Below, one piece after another: positions 49,499-58,819 of a DNA stretch of 64,000 nucleotides; positions within the stretch are counted from its first letter, which is position 1, and each line of letters opens with the position of its first letter. Source of the stretch: an uncultured Desulfatitalea sp. GTDB taxonomy: Bacteria; Desulfobacterota; Desulfobacteria; Desulfobacterales; Desulfosarcinaceae. A program made the translations under genes and the position numbers. Location of the stretch: assembly GCA_963668675.2 (NCBI GenBank), contig CAXXMB010000001.1, positions 1,408,001-1,472,000 of the forward strand. The letters are read 5' to 3'. The notes under the pieces are model-generated. The model made no database searches, was not told where the DNA came from, and was given only the letters and a program-made list of their open reading frames with translations.

Positions 49499-50539
49499 AT
49501 GCGGATGAGCTTAAGTGAAATCTCGCAACTGGTCCAGGGGCATCTCATAGGCGATCCAGATTGCATCATTGAAGGCGTGGGGCCAATCAGCGAGGCCCAA
49601 AAGGGCGATATCAGTTTTGCCGAGAAGGGCGAGGCCCTCAAGCAGCTGGATCGCACCAACGCGACTGCAGCTCTTGTACCGCGCAGGGTCACTGAAGCGC
49701 CCATCCCTATCGTACAAGTAGACAACCCACGTAACGCTTTTGCCAAGTTACTAAGACATTTCCATCCCTTGCGAAAACCGCAACCAGGTGTCCATCCGAC
49801 GGCCTCGATCGGCGACAACTGCCGATTGGGCAGGGGCGTATCGATCGGAGCCGGAACAGTCGTTGGAAACAACGTCACTCTGGCCGATGGTGTTGTCCTG
49901 TTTCCCTTGGTGGTTATAGGTGATGACGTTACAATCGGGCGGGAAAGCTACATCTACCCCCATGTGTCGATACTTGAACGCTGCCGCATCGGCCGACGCG
50001 TGATTATCCATGCCGGAACCGTCATCGGAAGTGACGGTTTCGGTTTTGTGCAGGAAGCCGGCCAAAACAAGAAAATTCCACAGATCGGCTTCGTTCAAAT
50101 TGATGACGATGTGGAGATCGGTGCCGCAAATACCATCGATAGGGCCACTTTCGGCAAAACGTGGCTTCAGAAAGGGGTAAAGACGGACAACCAGGTCCAC
50201 ATCGCCCACAATGTGGTGGTAGGTGAGCACACCCTGCTTCTTGCCCAATTGGGTATCTCGGGCAGTACGACTATTGGGCATCATACCATCATCGCGGGCC
50301 AGGCAGGTATTTCGGACCATATAACCATAGGCAATGGGGTTATGGTCGGAGGTCAGACAGGAGTAGGGCAATCGATACCTGATGGCAAAATCGTATCCGG
50401 CGGCTCAGCCGGTATGGACCACAAGATATGGCTGCGGCTACAAAGGGTCCTGCCCAGGCTTCCGGATATTCACAAGCAGATAGGAAAAATGAAGAAGAGA
50501 ATTGCGGAACTTGAAAAGAAGGCCACGGAAAAACCATAG
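49499..50539 (+). CDS. lpxD: UDP-3-O-acyl-glucosamine N-acyltransferase
   Basis: Hexapeptide repeats, IGSDGFGF, VEIGA..TIDR, DNQVHIAHN. Confidence 0.97.
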   Translation: MRMSLSEISQLVQGHLIGDPDCIIEGVGPISEAQKGDISFAEKGEALKQLDRTNATAALVPRRVTEAPIPIVQVDNPRNAFAKLLRHFHPLRKPQPGVHPTASIGDNCRLGRGVSIGAGTVVGNNVTLADGVVLFPLVVIGDDVTIGRESYIYPHVSILERCRIGRRVIIHAGTVIGSDGFGFVQEAGQNKKIPQIGFVQIDDDVEIGAANTIDRATFGKTWLQKGVKTDNQVHIAHNVVVGEHTLLLAQLGISGSTTIGHHTIIAGQAGISDHITIGNGVMVGGQTGVGQSIPDGKIVSGGSAGMDHKIWLRLQRVLPRLPDIHKQIGKMKKRIAELEKKATEKP

Positions 50540-50592
50540 TCCTCCTATCGAATACACAGCTCCATAGCAAAACCACATCAAAGGAATAAAAA

Positions 50593-51036
50593 ATGGACAA
50601 TCCGATAGATATCAATCGAATCCTTGACTTTCTCCCCCACCGATACCCTTTTCTGCTGGTCGATCGGGTCCTTGATTGGGTGCCGAACAAAAAAATTTCG
50701 GCACTGAAGAATGTCACCATCAACGAACCGTTTTTCCAGGGCCATTTCCCGGGCGCCCCTATTATGCCGGGTGTATTGATCGTTGAGGCGCTGGCCCAAG
50801 CTGGCGGGGTGCTCTTCATGTCTAATCGAGATAAAATATCCGACAATACCCTTATGTACTTCATGGGATTGGACAAGGTTAAATTCAGAAAACAGGTGAT
50901 CCCTGGGGATCAACTTATTCTTGACGTCGAAATCATTAAACAGCGCGCTAAGGTGATCAAATTGGCGGGCGTCGCAAAGGTCGACGGCCAAGTTGCGGCT
51001 GAAGCAGAATTAATGGCAACTTTCGAGGAAAAATAA
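50593..51036 (+). CDS. fabZ: 3-hydroxyacyl-ACP dehydratase
   Basis: [34 protein letters not shown]. Confidence 0.98.
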   Translation: MDNPIDINRILDFLPHRYPFLLVDRVLDWVPNKKISALKNVTINEPFFQGHFPGAPIMPGVLIVEALAQAGGVLFMSNRDKISDNTLMYFMGLDKVKFRKQVIPGDQLILDVEIIKQRAKVIKLAGVAKVDGQVAAEAELMATFEEK

Positions 51037-51037
51037 A

Positions 51038-51808
51038 ATGATTCATCCGACTGCAATAATTAGCGATAAAGCCCATATCGGCACCGATGTCAGCGTAGGG
51101 CCATACTCAGTGATCGGCGACAATGTCACCATTGGACAGGGAACTCGAATCTCAGCGCATGTGGTTATCGATCCCTATGTGGAGATCGGCGCTAACTGTA
51201 TAATCTTTCAATTTGCCGCAATAGGGGCACAACCCCAGGCACTTAAATTCAAGGATGAGGAGACCTGGGTAAAAATTGGAGATGGGTGCTTGATCCGTGA
51301 GTTTGTCACAATCCATCGGGGTACCGGCAGTGGAGGCGGCATTACGCAAGTCGGGGATAATTGCCTCTTGATGAATTATGCCCACGTAGCCCACGACTGC
51401 AAAGTGGGCAACAGTGTCATCATGTCGAACAACGCAACCCTGGCCGGCCATATTGCCATCGAAGACCATGCTATTCTGGGCGGCCTGGTGGCTATCCACC
51501 AGTTCGTTCGTATTGGGGAATACGCCTACATCGGAGGGAAAGCAGCCGTTGTCAAAGATATTCCCCCTTTTGTGATTGCCTCGGGTGACCGTGCGAAGCT
51601 GCATGGCCTGAACAAAGTGGGGTTGCAGCGGCACGGTTTCTCCCCCCTTGCGGTAACCCAGCTCAAGAAAGCCTATCGACTCATCTTCCGCTTCGGATTG
51701 ACCTTGAACGAGGCCATCGAACGCGTTGAAGCAGAGGTAGAGCCGCTGCCCGAAGTTAAAAAACTTATCGCCTTTATCAAATCATCAGAGCGCGGCATTA
51801 CCCGATAA
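51038..51808 (+). CDS. lpxA: UDP-N-acetylglucosamine acyltransferase
   Basis: IHPTAII, IREFVTIHRGT, HVAHDC, LAGH, IHQF, RGITR. Confidence 0.97.
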   Translation: MIHPTAIISDKAHIGTDVSVGPYSVIGDNVTIGQGTRISAHVVIDPYVEIGANCIIFQFAAIGAQPQALKFKDEETWVKIGDGCLIREFVTIHRGTGSGGGITQVGDNCLLMNYAHVAHDCKVGNSVIMSNNATLAGHIAIEDHAILGGLVAIHQFVRIGEYAYIGGKAAVVKDIPPFVIASGDRAKLHGLNKVGLQRHGFSPLAVTQLKKAYRLIFRFGLTLNEAIERVEAEVEPLPEVKKLIAFIKSSERGITR

Positions 51809-51830
51809 GGGGCTGCAATCGAGCAAGCCA

Positions 51831-52667
51831 ATGAGACAAAAAATCGGCTTAATCGCCGGCAACGGCCAATTTCCGCTGCTCATCGCCCAAGCCGCCCGAA
51901 GCAAGGGATGGGAGGTGTGTGCGGTCGGGTACCAGGGTGAAACCGACCCTCAGTTAGCTGACCATGTGACTGTCCTTGAGTGGCTCTATCTGGGGCAGAT
52001 CAAAAAAATGATCAAATTCTTCCGTGGCAACGGCATCAAAGATGCGGTCATGATCGGAGGGGTGACCAAAACCAAAATGTTTACCAATGTCCGACCCGAC
52101 ACGAAGGCCATCAGCCTTATAGCCGGTATGCGCCATACGCACGATGACGCCATTTTGAGGGCGTTTGCCGATCTCCTTGAAAAGGAGGGCATTCGTATCC
52201 ATGCTTCGACCTTTCTGTTACCCGAACTGCTTGCCCCGGCAGGTATCTGGACTCGGCGAAAACCGTCTCGCTCGGAACTCGAAGACATACGCCTGGGATG
52301 GAAGATTGCCAAAGAGATCGGAAGGTTGGATATTGGCCAGTGTGTGGTGGTGGCGGGTGGCACCATATTGGCTGTCGAAGCAATAGAGGGTACGGATGCG
52401 GCCATCACCCGCGGCGGTGCCCTGGCAAAGGGAGAGGCAATTGTCGTTAAGGTGTGCAAGCCCAATCAGGATACCCGCTTCGACATACCGGCGATCGGTC
52501 AGAATACGGTGGAGACCATGCACAAGGCAGAAATCAAATCCCTTGCGGTTGAGGCGGGCAAGGCCGTTGTGTTCGACCGGGATACGATGATCCAATATGC
52601 AAATCAGTGCGGCATGACCATCATCGCGCTCAGCGAAGAGGATGTCAAAAGAGCACGCACCCCCTGA
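51831..52667 (+). CDS. lpxI: UDP-2,3-diacylglucosamine diphosphatase LpxI
   Basis: GLIAGNGQFP, DIGQCVV, AVEAIEGTD, KPNQDTRFDIPAIG. Confidence 0.92.
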   Translation: MRQKIGLIAGNGQFPLLIAQAARSKGWEVCAVGYQGETDPQLADHVTVLEWLYLGQIKKMIKFFRGNGIKDAVMIGGVTKTKMFTNVRPDTKAISLIAGMRHTHDDAILRAFADLLEKEGIRIHASTFLLPELLAPAGIWTRRKPSRSELEDIRLGWKIAKEIGRLDIGQCVVVAGGTILAVEAIEGTDAAITRGGALAKGEAIVVKVCKPNQDTRFDIPAIGQNTVETMHKAEIKSLAVEAGKAVVFDRDTMIQYANQCGMTIIALSEEDVKRARTP

Positions 52668-52732
52668 CCATTTTCATTAATACGAGCCCTGAATCCCATA
52701 ACCCTTCAACACCTTCACAGTGGAACAGACAC

Positions 52733-53722
52733 ATGACTGCTAAAACAACACGATCTTCCGGCAATGGGGCCAAACTGCGCCTGGGCGTCGTAGGCGTTGG
52801 ATATCTGGGAAAATTTCATGCTGAAAAGTATGCCCGAATGCCGGATGTGGAGTTGGTGGGTGTGGTCGACAGCAGTAAAAGTCAGGCTGACGAAATCGCA
52901 AAAAATCTGGGGACCCAGGCATTCTACGACCACAAGGAACTCATCGACCACCTGGATGCCGTCAGCATTGCTGTGCCTACTGAATATCACTACGAGGTCA
53001 GCAAGGATTTCCTTAATCACGATGTGGATGTCCTGATTGAAAAACCGATGACCTCTACATTGGAACAGGCGGATAAATTGTTAGCGTTGGCCGAACAGAG
53101 AGGCTGTATTATACAGGTCGGCCATCTGGAACGATACAACCCTGCGGTGGTTGCGCTACAGGACGTGGTCGACAGCCCCCGCTTCATCGAATCCCATCGA
53201 CTGAGCATATTCAAGGAGCGCGGACTTGATGTGAGCGTCGTACTCGATTTGATGATCCATGACATCGACATCATCTTAAACTTCGTCCGCTCCAAAATTA
53301 AAAACATATATGCAGCGGGCGTTCCGGTAATATCGGACAATGCAGATATCGCCAATGCGCGCCTGGAATTTGAAAACGGCTGCATCGCCAATGTTACCGC
53401 CAGCCGTATCTCAATGAAAAACGAGCGTAAAATTAGAATGTTTCAAAAAAATGCCTACGTTTCGGTCGATTTTGCCAAGCGCGAAATCACTGTTGTTCAT
53501 CCGGACGGCACACCGAATACAGGCATCATCCCCGGCATGACCGTGGATCAGCGCTGTTTTTCGCAAGCCGATGCCCTGGATGATGAGCTCAAATCGTTCG
53601 TCAAAGCGGTGATACAGCGCCAATCCCCTGAAGTCACAGGGCAAATGGGACGTGACGCACTGAAAATCGCGTTAAGCATCATGGATCAGATCAATCAAAC
53701 CCGTGACCAACTCCTCAAATAG
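52733..53722 (+). CDS. Gfo/Idh/MocA oxidoreductase, GnnA-like UDP-GlcNAc 3-dehydrogenase
   Basis: GVGYLG, IEKP, QVGHLERYNP, DVSVVLDLMIHDID, TASRIS; lies between lpxA/lpxI and lpxB. Confidence 0.8.
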   Translation: MTAKTTRSSGNGAKLRLGVVGVGYLGKFHAEKYARMPDVELVGVVDSSKSQADEIAKNLGTQAFYDHKELIDHLDAVSIAVPTEYHYEVSKDFLNHDVDVLIEKPMTSTLEQADKLLALAEQRGCIIQVGHLERYNPAVVALQDVVDSPRFIESHRLSIFKERGLDVSVVLDLMIHDIDIILNFVRSKIKNIYAAGVPVISDNADIANARLEFENGCIANVTASRISMKNERKIRMFQKNAYVSVDFAKREITVVHPDGTPNTGIIPGMTVDQRCFSQADALDDELKSFVKAVIQRQSPEVTGQMGRDALKIALSIMDQINQTRDQLLK

Positions 53723-53734
53723 AGCAGTGCCCCA

Positions 53735-54886
53735 ATGCTTGAAAAAGGTATGAAATCGATCGTAATGGTGGCTGGAGAGGCGTCAGGCGATGCCCACGGC
53801 GCCCATCTCGTCCAGGCGATACAAAAGTGCTGCGGACCGATATATGTGTGCGGAATGGGAGGCCACCGCATGCGTGATGCCGGCGCCAGGGTGTTGATCG
53901 ATGCCAAAGAGGTGGCGGTTGTGGGCATTACCGAAGTGCTGTCCAAAACACCGCAAGTATTAAAAGCGATGTCACGGCTTAAAAAACTGCTGACCGGGCT
54001 GAAACCGGATCTGTTGATCCTGATCGATTTCCCCGAATTCAATCTGCACCTGGCTTCAAAGGCCAAAAAACTCGGTATTCCGGTACTATACTATATCAGC
54101 CCGCAGATTTGGGCATGGCGCGCCGGCCGTGTAAAAAAGATCAAAGCACGCGTCGATCACATGGCCGTCATTCTGCCTTTCGAGGCGTCCTTCTACCGGC
54201 AGCATGATGTCCCGGTCTCTTTTGTGGGGCACCCACTTATGGACTCGCCGACCGGGCAGGTTCCGGTTCGAAAGTGCACGGCACCGAGCCCTTCACCGAT
54301 GGTGGCACTGCTTGCCGGATCTCGCGATCGAGAGGTGAGCTCCCTGTTGCCGGTGATGCTGAAGGCTTCCCAGCGTCTGCAAAAGCTGATTCCCTCGATG
54401 CGCATAATCATCTCCTGTGCCCACTCCATAGATACCGAACTGGTCAACGACATACTGGCAAATCATCCGGTGGAAAACGCGGAGATCTCCAATCAGGCAA
54501 TCCATGACATGCTTCCCAAGTGCGACCTGGCCATTGTCGCTTCTGGTACAGTGACGCTGGAGACGGCGATCTGTGGCGTTCCCATGGTCATTACCTATAC
54601 GGTTTCCCCTCTCAGCTACTGGCTCGGCAGAGCCCTGATCGATGTGGACCACATTGGATTGGTCAACCTGATCGCAGAAGATCGCATCATGCCAGAGTTG
54701 ATTCAAAAAGAGGTATCTCCAGAGGCCATTTGTGAAACCGCGTTTGATATCATCTCCGATCCTGCCCGTTATATCGAAATGTGTGAAGCGCTTCTTGTCG
54801 TCAGGCAAAAGCTCGGACAATCCGGCGCTTCCGAAAAGGTGGCCGAAATTGCCCAAGGTCTAATGGGGGGCGCAGATGCTCTTTAG
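53735..54886 (+). CDS. lpxB: Lipid-A-disaccharide synthase
   Basis: AGEASGD, IDFPEFN, SPQIWAWR, ILPFE, VGHPL, GSR..E, SGTVTLE. Confidence 0.97.
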   Translation: MLEKGMKSIVMVAGEASGDAHGAHLVQAIQKCCGPIYVCGMGGHRMRDAGARVLIDAKEVAVVGITEVLSKTPQVLKAMSRLKKLLTGLKPDLLILIDFPEFNLHLASKAKKLGIPVLYYISPQIWAWRAGRVKKIKARVDHMAVILPFEASFYRQHDVPVSFVGHPLMDSPTGQVPVRKCTAPSPSPMVALLAGSRDREVSSLLPVMLKASQRLQKLIPSMRIIISCAHSIDTELVNDILANHPVENAEISNQAIHDMLPKCDLAIVASGTVTLETAICGVPMVITYTVSPLSYWLGRALIDVDHIGLVNLIAEDRIMPELIQKEVSPEAICETAFDIISDPARYIEMCEALLVVRQKLGQSGASEKVAEIAQGLMGGADAL

Positions 54887-55556
54887 CAAGGATCAATCGA
54901 ACCTTGGTTTGAAGTGGCGCCTGATCGGCCGGGCCGGCAAGATTTTGATCGATTTGATATTTTCCGCTTCGAAAATTGAGATCCAAGGGCGCAAACGAAT
55001 TGAGGGACTCATTGCCTCGAAACGATACATCTTCGCTTTCTGGCATGGCCGTATCCTTTTGATCAGCTATGCCCACAAAGGATGGGATGCGGCAATACTG
55101 GTCAGCAACTCGGCCGACGGTGAAATTATCGCCCAAATTTTACAACGACAGGGGCATACGACGGTTCGCGGGTCGACTGGCAAAGGCGGCATGCGCGCAG
55201 TGGCAAGCATTCTTAGAGAGATGCGCACCAACAAAAGAGGCGGAGGCGTTGTCCCCGACGGTCCCCAGGGACCGCGCTATAAAGTTCAACCGGGGATCAT
55301 TTACCTTTCTCAAAAGTGCGGATATCCCATCATACCGGTCACATATAGCGCACGGCATTGCCTGGTATTCAAAAGCTGGGATCGCTTTTTACTGCCACTG
55401 CCCGGCAGCCAGTGCCTCATCGTTTACGGTGAACCCGTCAGTGTGCCGCAAAACGCCAAAGCAGATCAGATAGAAAGATGCACAAAAAAACTCGAAGATG
55501 AGTTGATGCGCATTACCATAAAAGCGGATTCTCATTTCGGACACGCCATATCATAG
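54876..55556 (+). CDS. DUF374 lysophospholipid acyltransferase (LpxJ-like)
   Basis: FAFWHG, S.S.DGE, RGS..KGG, PDGPQGP, SWDRF.LP.P. Confidence 0.85.
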   Translation: MLFSKDQSNLGLKWRLIGRAGKILIDLIFSASKIEIQGRKRIEGLIASKRYIFAFWHGRILLISYAHKGWDAAILVSNSADGEIIAQILQRQGHTTVRGSTGKGGMRAVASILREMRTNKRGGGVVPDGPQGPRYKVQPGIIYLSQKCGYPIIPVTYSARHCLVFKSWDRFLLPLPGSQCLIVYGEPVSVPQNAKADQIERCTKKLEDELMRITIKADSHFGHAIS

Positions 55557-55663
55557 TTTCCGGACAACTTTTAATGCGGCAGATCAAAGTCCAATATTGT
55601 GAATCACCATGTCGCACAAGCGGGCGCATCCAATTTGAAGTCTTCAGCGAGGGTAGCTGCTTT

Positions 55664-55701
55664 AAAAAAGAAGGCCCAGGTCATTGCACCGACCTGGGCC
55701 T
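55664..55701 (-). terminator. Rho-independent terminator of the surface-protein gene
   Basis: AGGCCCAGGTC-8nt-GACCTGGGCCT 11-bp stem followed by TCTTTTTT on the minus strand. Confidence 0.85.
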
Positions 55702-55731
55702 GCACTGTTTCAAAGTTGGAACCGGAGATGA

Positions 55732-57354
55732 TCAAAAAACGTAACGGGTGCCTTCCTTCACATTGCAGCGGGAGAAGCCTTTACACAGAGCAGCACCTAA
55801 GCAGCCGACAATCAACAAGCCGATCATGACTAAAACACGGTCGCTCCCCTTAAGTTCGGAGGTCGTTGCTGTTGAAATAAAGCAGCCAGAACTCCCCGCA
55901 TCCGAAGGTGAATAGGTTGTTGAGGTGTCCGTGGATTGGCTGCTGCTGTAGCCCAAACCGGCCGGATCAACGATCACACCATTCTCGACACCATCCATGT
56001 CACCCATGCCACCGTCTTCTAACGTGAGGGTCACTGAGCGATGATCGGCACTGAAGACCGCTTCAGGGTAGGCTGTCCAGCCAAGATCGGGATCATACTT
56101 ATACCACCGGGCATTTGAAGGAGCCGCCTGGGAAAAGTAGACCGTAATCGATGTTTCGGTTACCCCTTCAGGCAGATGGAGCTTAAAGCTGATGACACTG
56201 GTCAGGTTTTCCGGTTGATTTCCGGCCAGCGACATAGCACCGTTTAGACTCATGGCCTGTATGCCGAAGAGTTGAACATCATCATCGACGCGCTGGATGG
56301 AAATGTATGGATTTACAGGATCGTTTGAGCTGACCGACATCATGCCGTCCTGGAGTGTATCATCGTTACCGTCTTCATTCAGATCGATATAGGTAGAGAC
56401 CTCCTGGGATTCCAGGATGCCATTTGCATTCAGATCGCCCGCCGCCTCATGATCAATGGTGGTGAAAGAGGTGTAGTCGGACCACTCTGACTCGCCGTTG
56501 TGCTCGTCATAGAAACGGACACGCCAGTAATAGGTGGCGTCCGGATCAAGAATGAGATCCCCAATGCTTATGCTGGTCAGGTGAATGGAGCTGACCTTCT
56601 CAAAAACGAGGCTGGTAAAGCTCTCTTCGGTACTGATCTGGAAATGGGTACCCGCATGCGCGTCGTTGTCAGGATCTGAAAATGCACCCGTGCTCAAGGT
56701 GGGATTCATCTCTACAATAGCTTGATGGTATGGTGCACTGTTGTGGGGTTTGTCGGGCACTGAGTTACCTGGCGCCTGTGAGGGATCGCTGCCGGCCTGA
56801 TACTCATCCAAATTGGAAATGCCGTCGTTGTCCATATCCTGGCCGGCATCGTCAACCAATGGATCCAGTCCGTAGGCAGCTTCCCAGAGATCCGCCATTC
56901 CATCGCCATCATCATCGGTATCAGCGTTGTTGCCGAGTCCATCCGAATCGGTGTCGAGCCACTCGGAGGCGTCCTGTGGAAAGGCATCCGAGCTATCATT
57001 GACACCATCACCATCGCTATCCACGGAAATGACACTGGGCGTATATTCAACCTCGTTGGAATCACCGCTTTCATTCGTGCCGTCAAAAGCGCGAACGACG
57101 TAGTAGTAGGTTGTGCCTTCTGTCAAATCACTGAGGGTAGTAGTTGTTTCTTCGCCACTCCATGCATATGAGCTATAGTCATATGACTGTCCGGCTTCAC
57201 GCTGATAAAGGCGGTAGCTGGCCGGGACCGGATCATTTGCATCCCACTGGAGGGTAACCTGGGCAGCTGATACAGCCAAGGGTAAGACAATTAATAGATA
57301 GTGGATGGCTACAAGAAAGATCTTGAGGTGAAATAGGTTTCTTTTTCTTTTCAT
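55732..57354 (-). CDS. Secreted cell-surface protein: FN3 domains, Ca-binding DxDxDG repeats, choice-of-anchor-U-like domain, C-terminal GCFI + TM anchor
   Basis: Signal peptide; VTLQWD...YYYVVRAFD..NES..SNE; DSDGDG/DTDSDG/DDDGDG/DMDNDG; YYWRVR; LTLEDGG.GD.DG..NGVIVDP; SSGCFISTA then TM and basic tail. Confidence 0.85.
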   Translation of the reverse strand: MKRKRNLFHLKIFLVAIHYLLIVLPLAVSAAQVTLQWDANDPVPASYRLYQREAGQSYDYSSYAWSGEETTTTLSDLTEGTTYYYVVRAFDGTNESGDSNEVEYTPSVISVDSDGDGVNDSSDAFPQDASEWLDTDSDGLGNNADTDDDGDGMADLWEAAYGLDPLVDDAGQDMDNDGISNLDEYQAGSDPSQAPGNSVPDKPHNSAPYHQAIVEMNPTLSTGAFSDPDNDAHAGTHFQISTEESFTSLVFEKVSSIHLTSISIGDLILDPDATYYWRVRFYDEHNGESEWSDYTSFTTIDHEAAGDLNANGILESQEVSTYIDLNEDGNDDTLQDGMMSVSSNDPVNPYISIQRVDDDVQLFGIQAMSLNGAMSLAGNQPENLTSVISFKLHLPEGVTETSITVYFSQAAPSNARWYKYDPDLGWTAYPEAVFSADHRSVTLTLEDGGMGDMDGVENGVIVDPAGLGYSSSQSTDTSTTYSPSDAGSSGCFISTATTSELKGSDRVLVMIGLLIVGCLGAALCKGFSRCNVKEGTRYVF

Positions 57355-57412
57355 AACATCTCCCGGTCAATCTGTCACCGTGCGATCGGCGGCTGTTCGA
57401 GAGATGTCGCCT

Positions 57413-57506
57413 TCGCCCGGCAACCCTGCTGCCGTATCCCGATTTTCGGGACTTAGGCCAGTGGCTTTGCGTCTCACCCTTTCGGATGATTTGCCTTTTT
57501 CGAGCT
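57413..57506 (-). ncRNA. c-di-GMP-I (GEMM) riboswitch
   Basis: Minus strand GCTCGAAAAAGGCAAATCATCCGAAAGGGTGAGACGCAAAGCCACTGGCCTAA...ACGGCAGCAGGGTTGCCGGGC: GGCAAA, GAAA tetraloop P2, GACGCAAAGC junction, CCTAA receptor, GGGTTGCC. Confidence 0.93.
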
Positions 57507-57551
57507 AAAAGTTAGAGAGCAATGGTACCGCAATATTCTGAGAAATATTAA

Positions 57552-57567
57552 AGCAAAATGTATGCCA
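57552..57567 (-). promoter_or_regulatory. sigma54 (-24/-12) promoter
   Basis: TGGCAT-ACATT-TTGCT (GG-N10-GC); predicted TSS ~57541, ~35 nt before the riboswitch. Confidence 0.75.
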
Positions 57568-57723
57568 TACAGTCAAAAATACAAAGGACAGTTGATAACG
57601 CTATTTCCTCTATTTTTTTAGTTAGATACAAAAAAACTTGTTTAGCCGGTCTCAACCGGGGGATCTGCTTACATAATTTAACACACAGGTGGTATACGAA
57701 TGAATACAGCTCAAATTATCAAA

Positions 57724-58794
57724 CCCGGTTCTCTATGAAACTTAAGTTGCGTAATATTCAGAAATCGGGTCCATATCCCACGCTATTTTGGGATAGGTAA
57801 TTTTCGTCGATGTCATTGCTATTTGCACTAATCGCATGAACTTTTTGCCGATGCTCTTTGACTTTCTGCGATTGAAACGAAACGCATACTCGTCAAGATA
57901 GTTTTGAAGATACTTGGGTTCGAAACGACCCTGAAACGTTCCACGGATAAGCCTTTTTACAAGAGACGTTACCAGATGAACACCATACAGGCTTTCGTTA
58001 TCCTTGGAACTGCTTTGAATAGATCTTTCATGGTAAGTACCTTCAATAAAGTTGTACCCGCTCCATGAATCTGTGGCGATTGTGCTGCCGGATTGTACAT
58101 TATTAAGGATGAACGTTTCTAATGAATAGGAGGAACAATCCAAGGCTACTTGCAGGCGAACACGACCCATTCGCTTTTTCACGTTTCATCTTTCTACCGC
58201 AATAGCTACGATTGTTTTGCCCTCAGCGCCGCGGCCCCTTTTGCCAGACTTTTGGCCGCCGATGAAAAATTCATCCACTTCAACGCGCCCGGATAGTTTA
58301 CTACGCCCCTGGCGTATGGTGCATCGTCTGAGTTTTTGCAGCCAGGTCCAAGCTGTTCCATAGCTGCCAAAACCTAAAAGTTCTTTGAGATTAGTGGCAT
58401 TGATCCCGGATTTTCGTGTGGTAAACCACCACATGGCCTTAAACCAATAAGTAATCGGGCTTTTTGTACTGTCCATAATGGTACCAGCGGTCAATGAATG
58501 TGTATGTTCACACTGAGTGCAGATATAAAGATTGCGTGCGCTGACCCAGCATTTAGTGTGACCGCATTTTTTGCAGGTAAATCCGTCGGGCCACTTTTGA
58601 TCAAATAGATACTGGTAACATGCTTTAGGTTCAGAAAAACGTTGATCGAACTCAATCTCATTTTTAGGAAAATCTTCGGTAATCGTAAACTTTGTCATAA
58701 CGGCCTCCTTTGTTGTTTTGAGGCTATTATAACAGTGGTGTGTGACAGATCCGGTCACACCTTAACGCAAACTTAAGTTTCATAGAGAACCGGG
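57724..58794 (-). mobile_element. IS1595-family insertion sequence (1071 bp)
   Basis: 25-bp perfect TIRs CCCGGTTCTCTATGAAACTTAAGTT (57724-57748 and 58770-58794); 8-bp TSD TTATCAAA (57716-57723 and 58795-58802). Confidence 0.95.
57742..58698 (-). pseudogene. IS1595 (ISXO2-like) transposase interrupted by an in-frame TGA
   Basis: Zn finger CKKC..CTQC, SLTAGT, VEVDEFF.GG, TDSW.GY, YLDEYAFRFNRR; both halves in one frame, ...AVER*NVKKRMGRVRL (stop 58186-58188). Confidence 0.9.
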
Positions 58795-58819
58795 TTATCA
58801 AATTCCTATTGCTCAACAT

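Noticed and set aside
57666..57693. dif-like site (TTATGTAAGCA on the minus strand)
   Set aside because: Only a XerD-like half; the XerC arm lacks the ATAA core.
58186..58188. TGA in the transposase as selenocysteine or programmed recoding
   Set aside because: Not a Cys-equivalent position, no convincing SECIS hairpin, and both halves share a frame so no frameshift is needed; a nonsense mutation is simpler.
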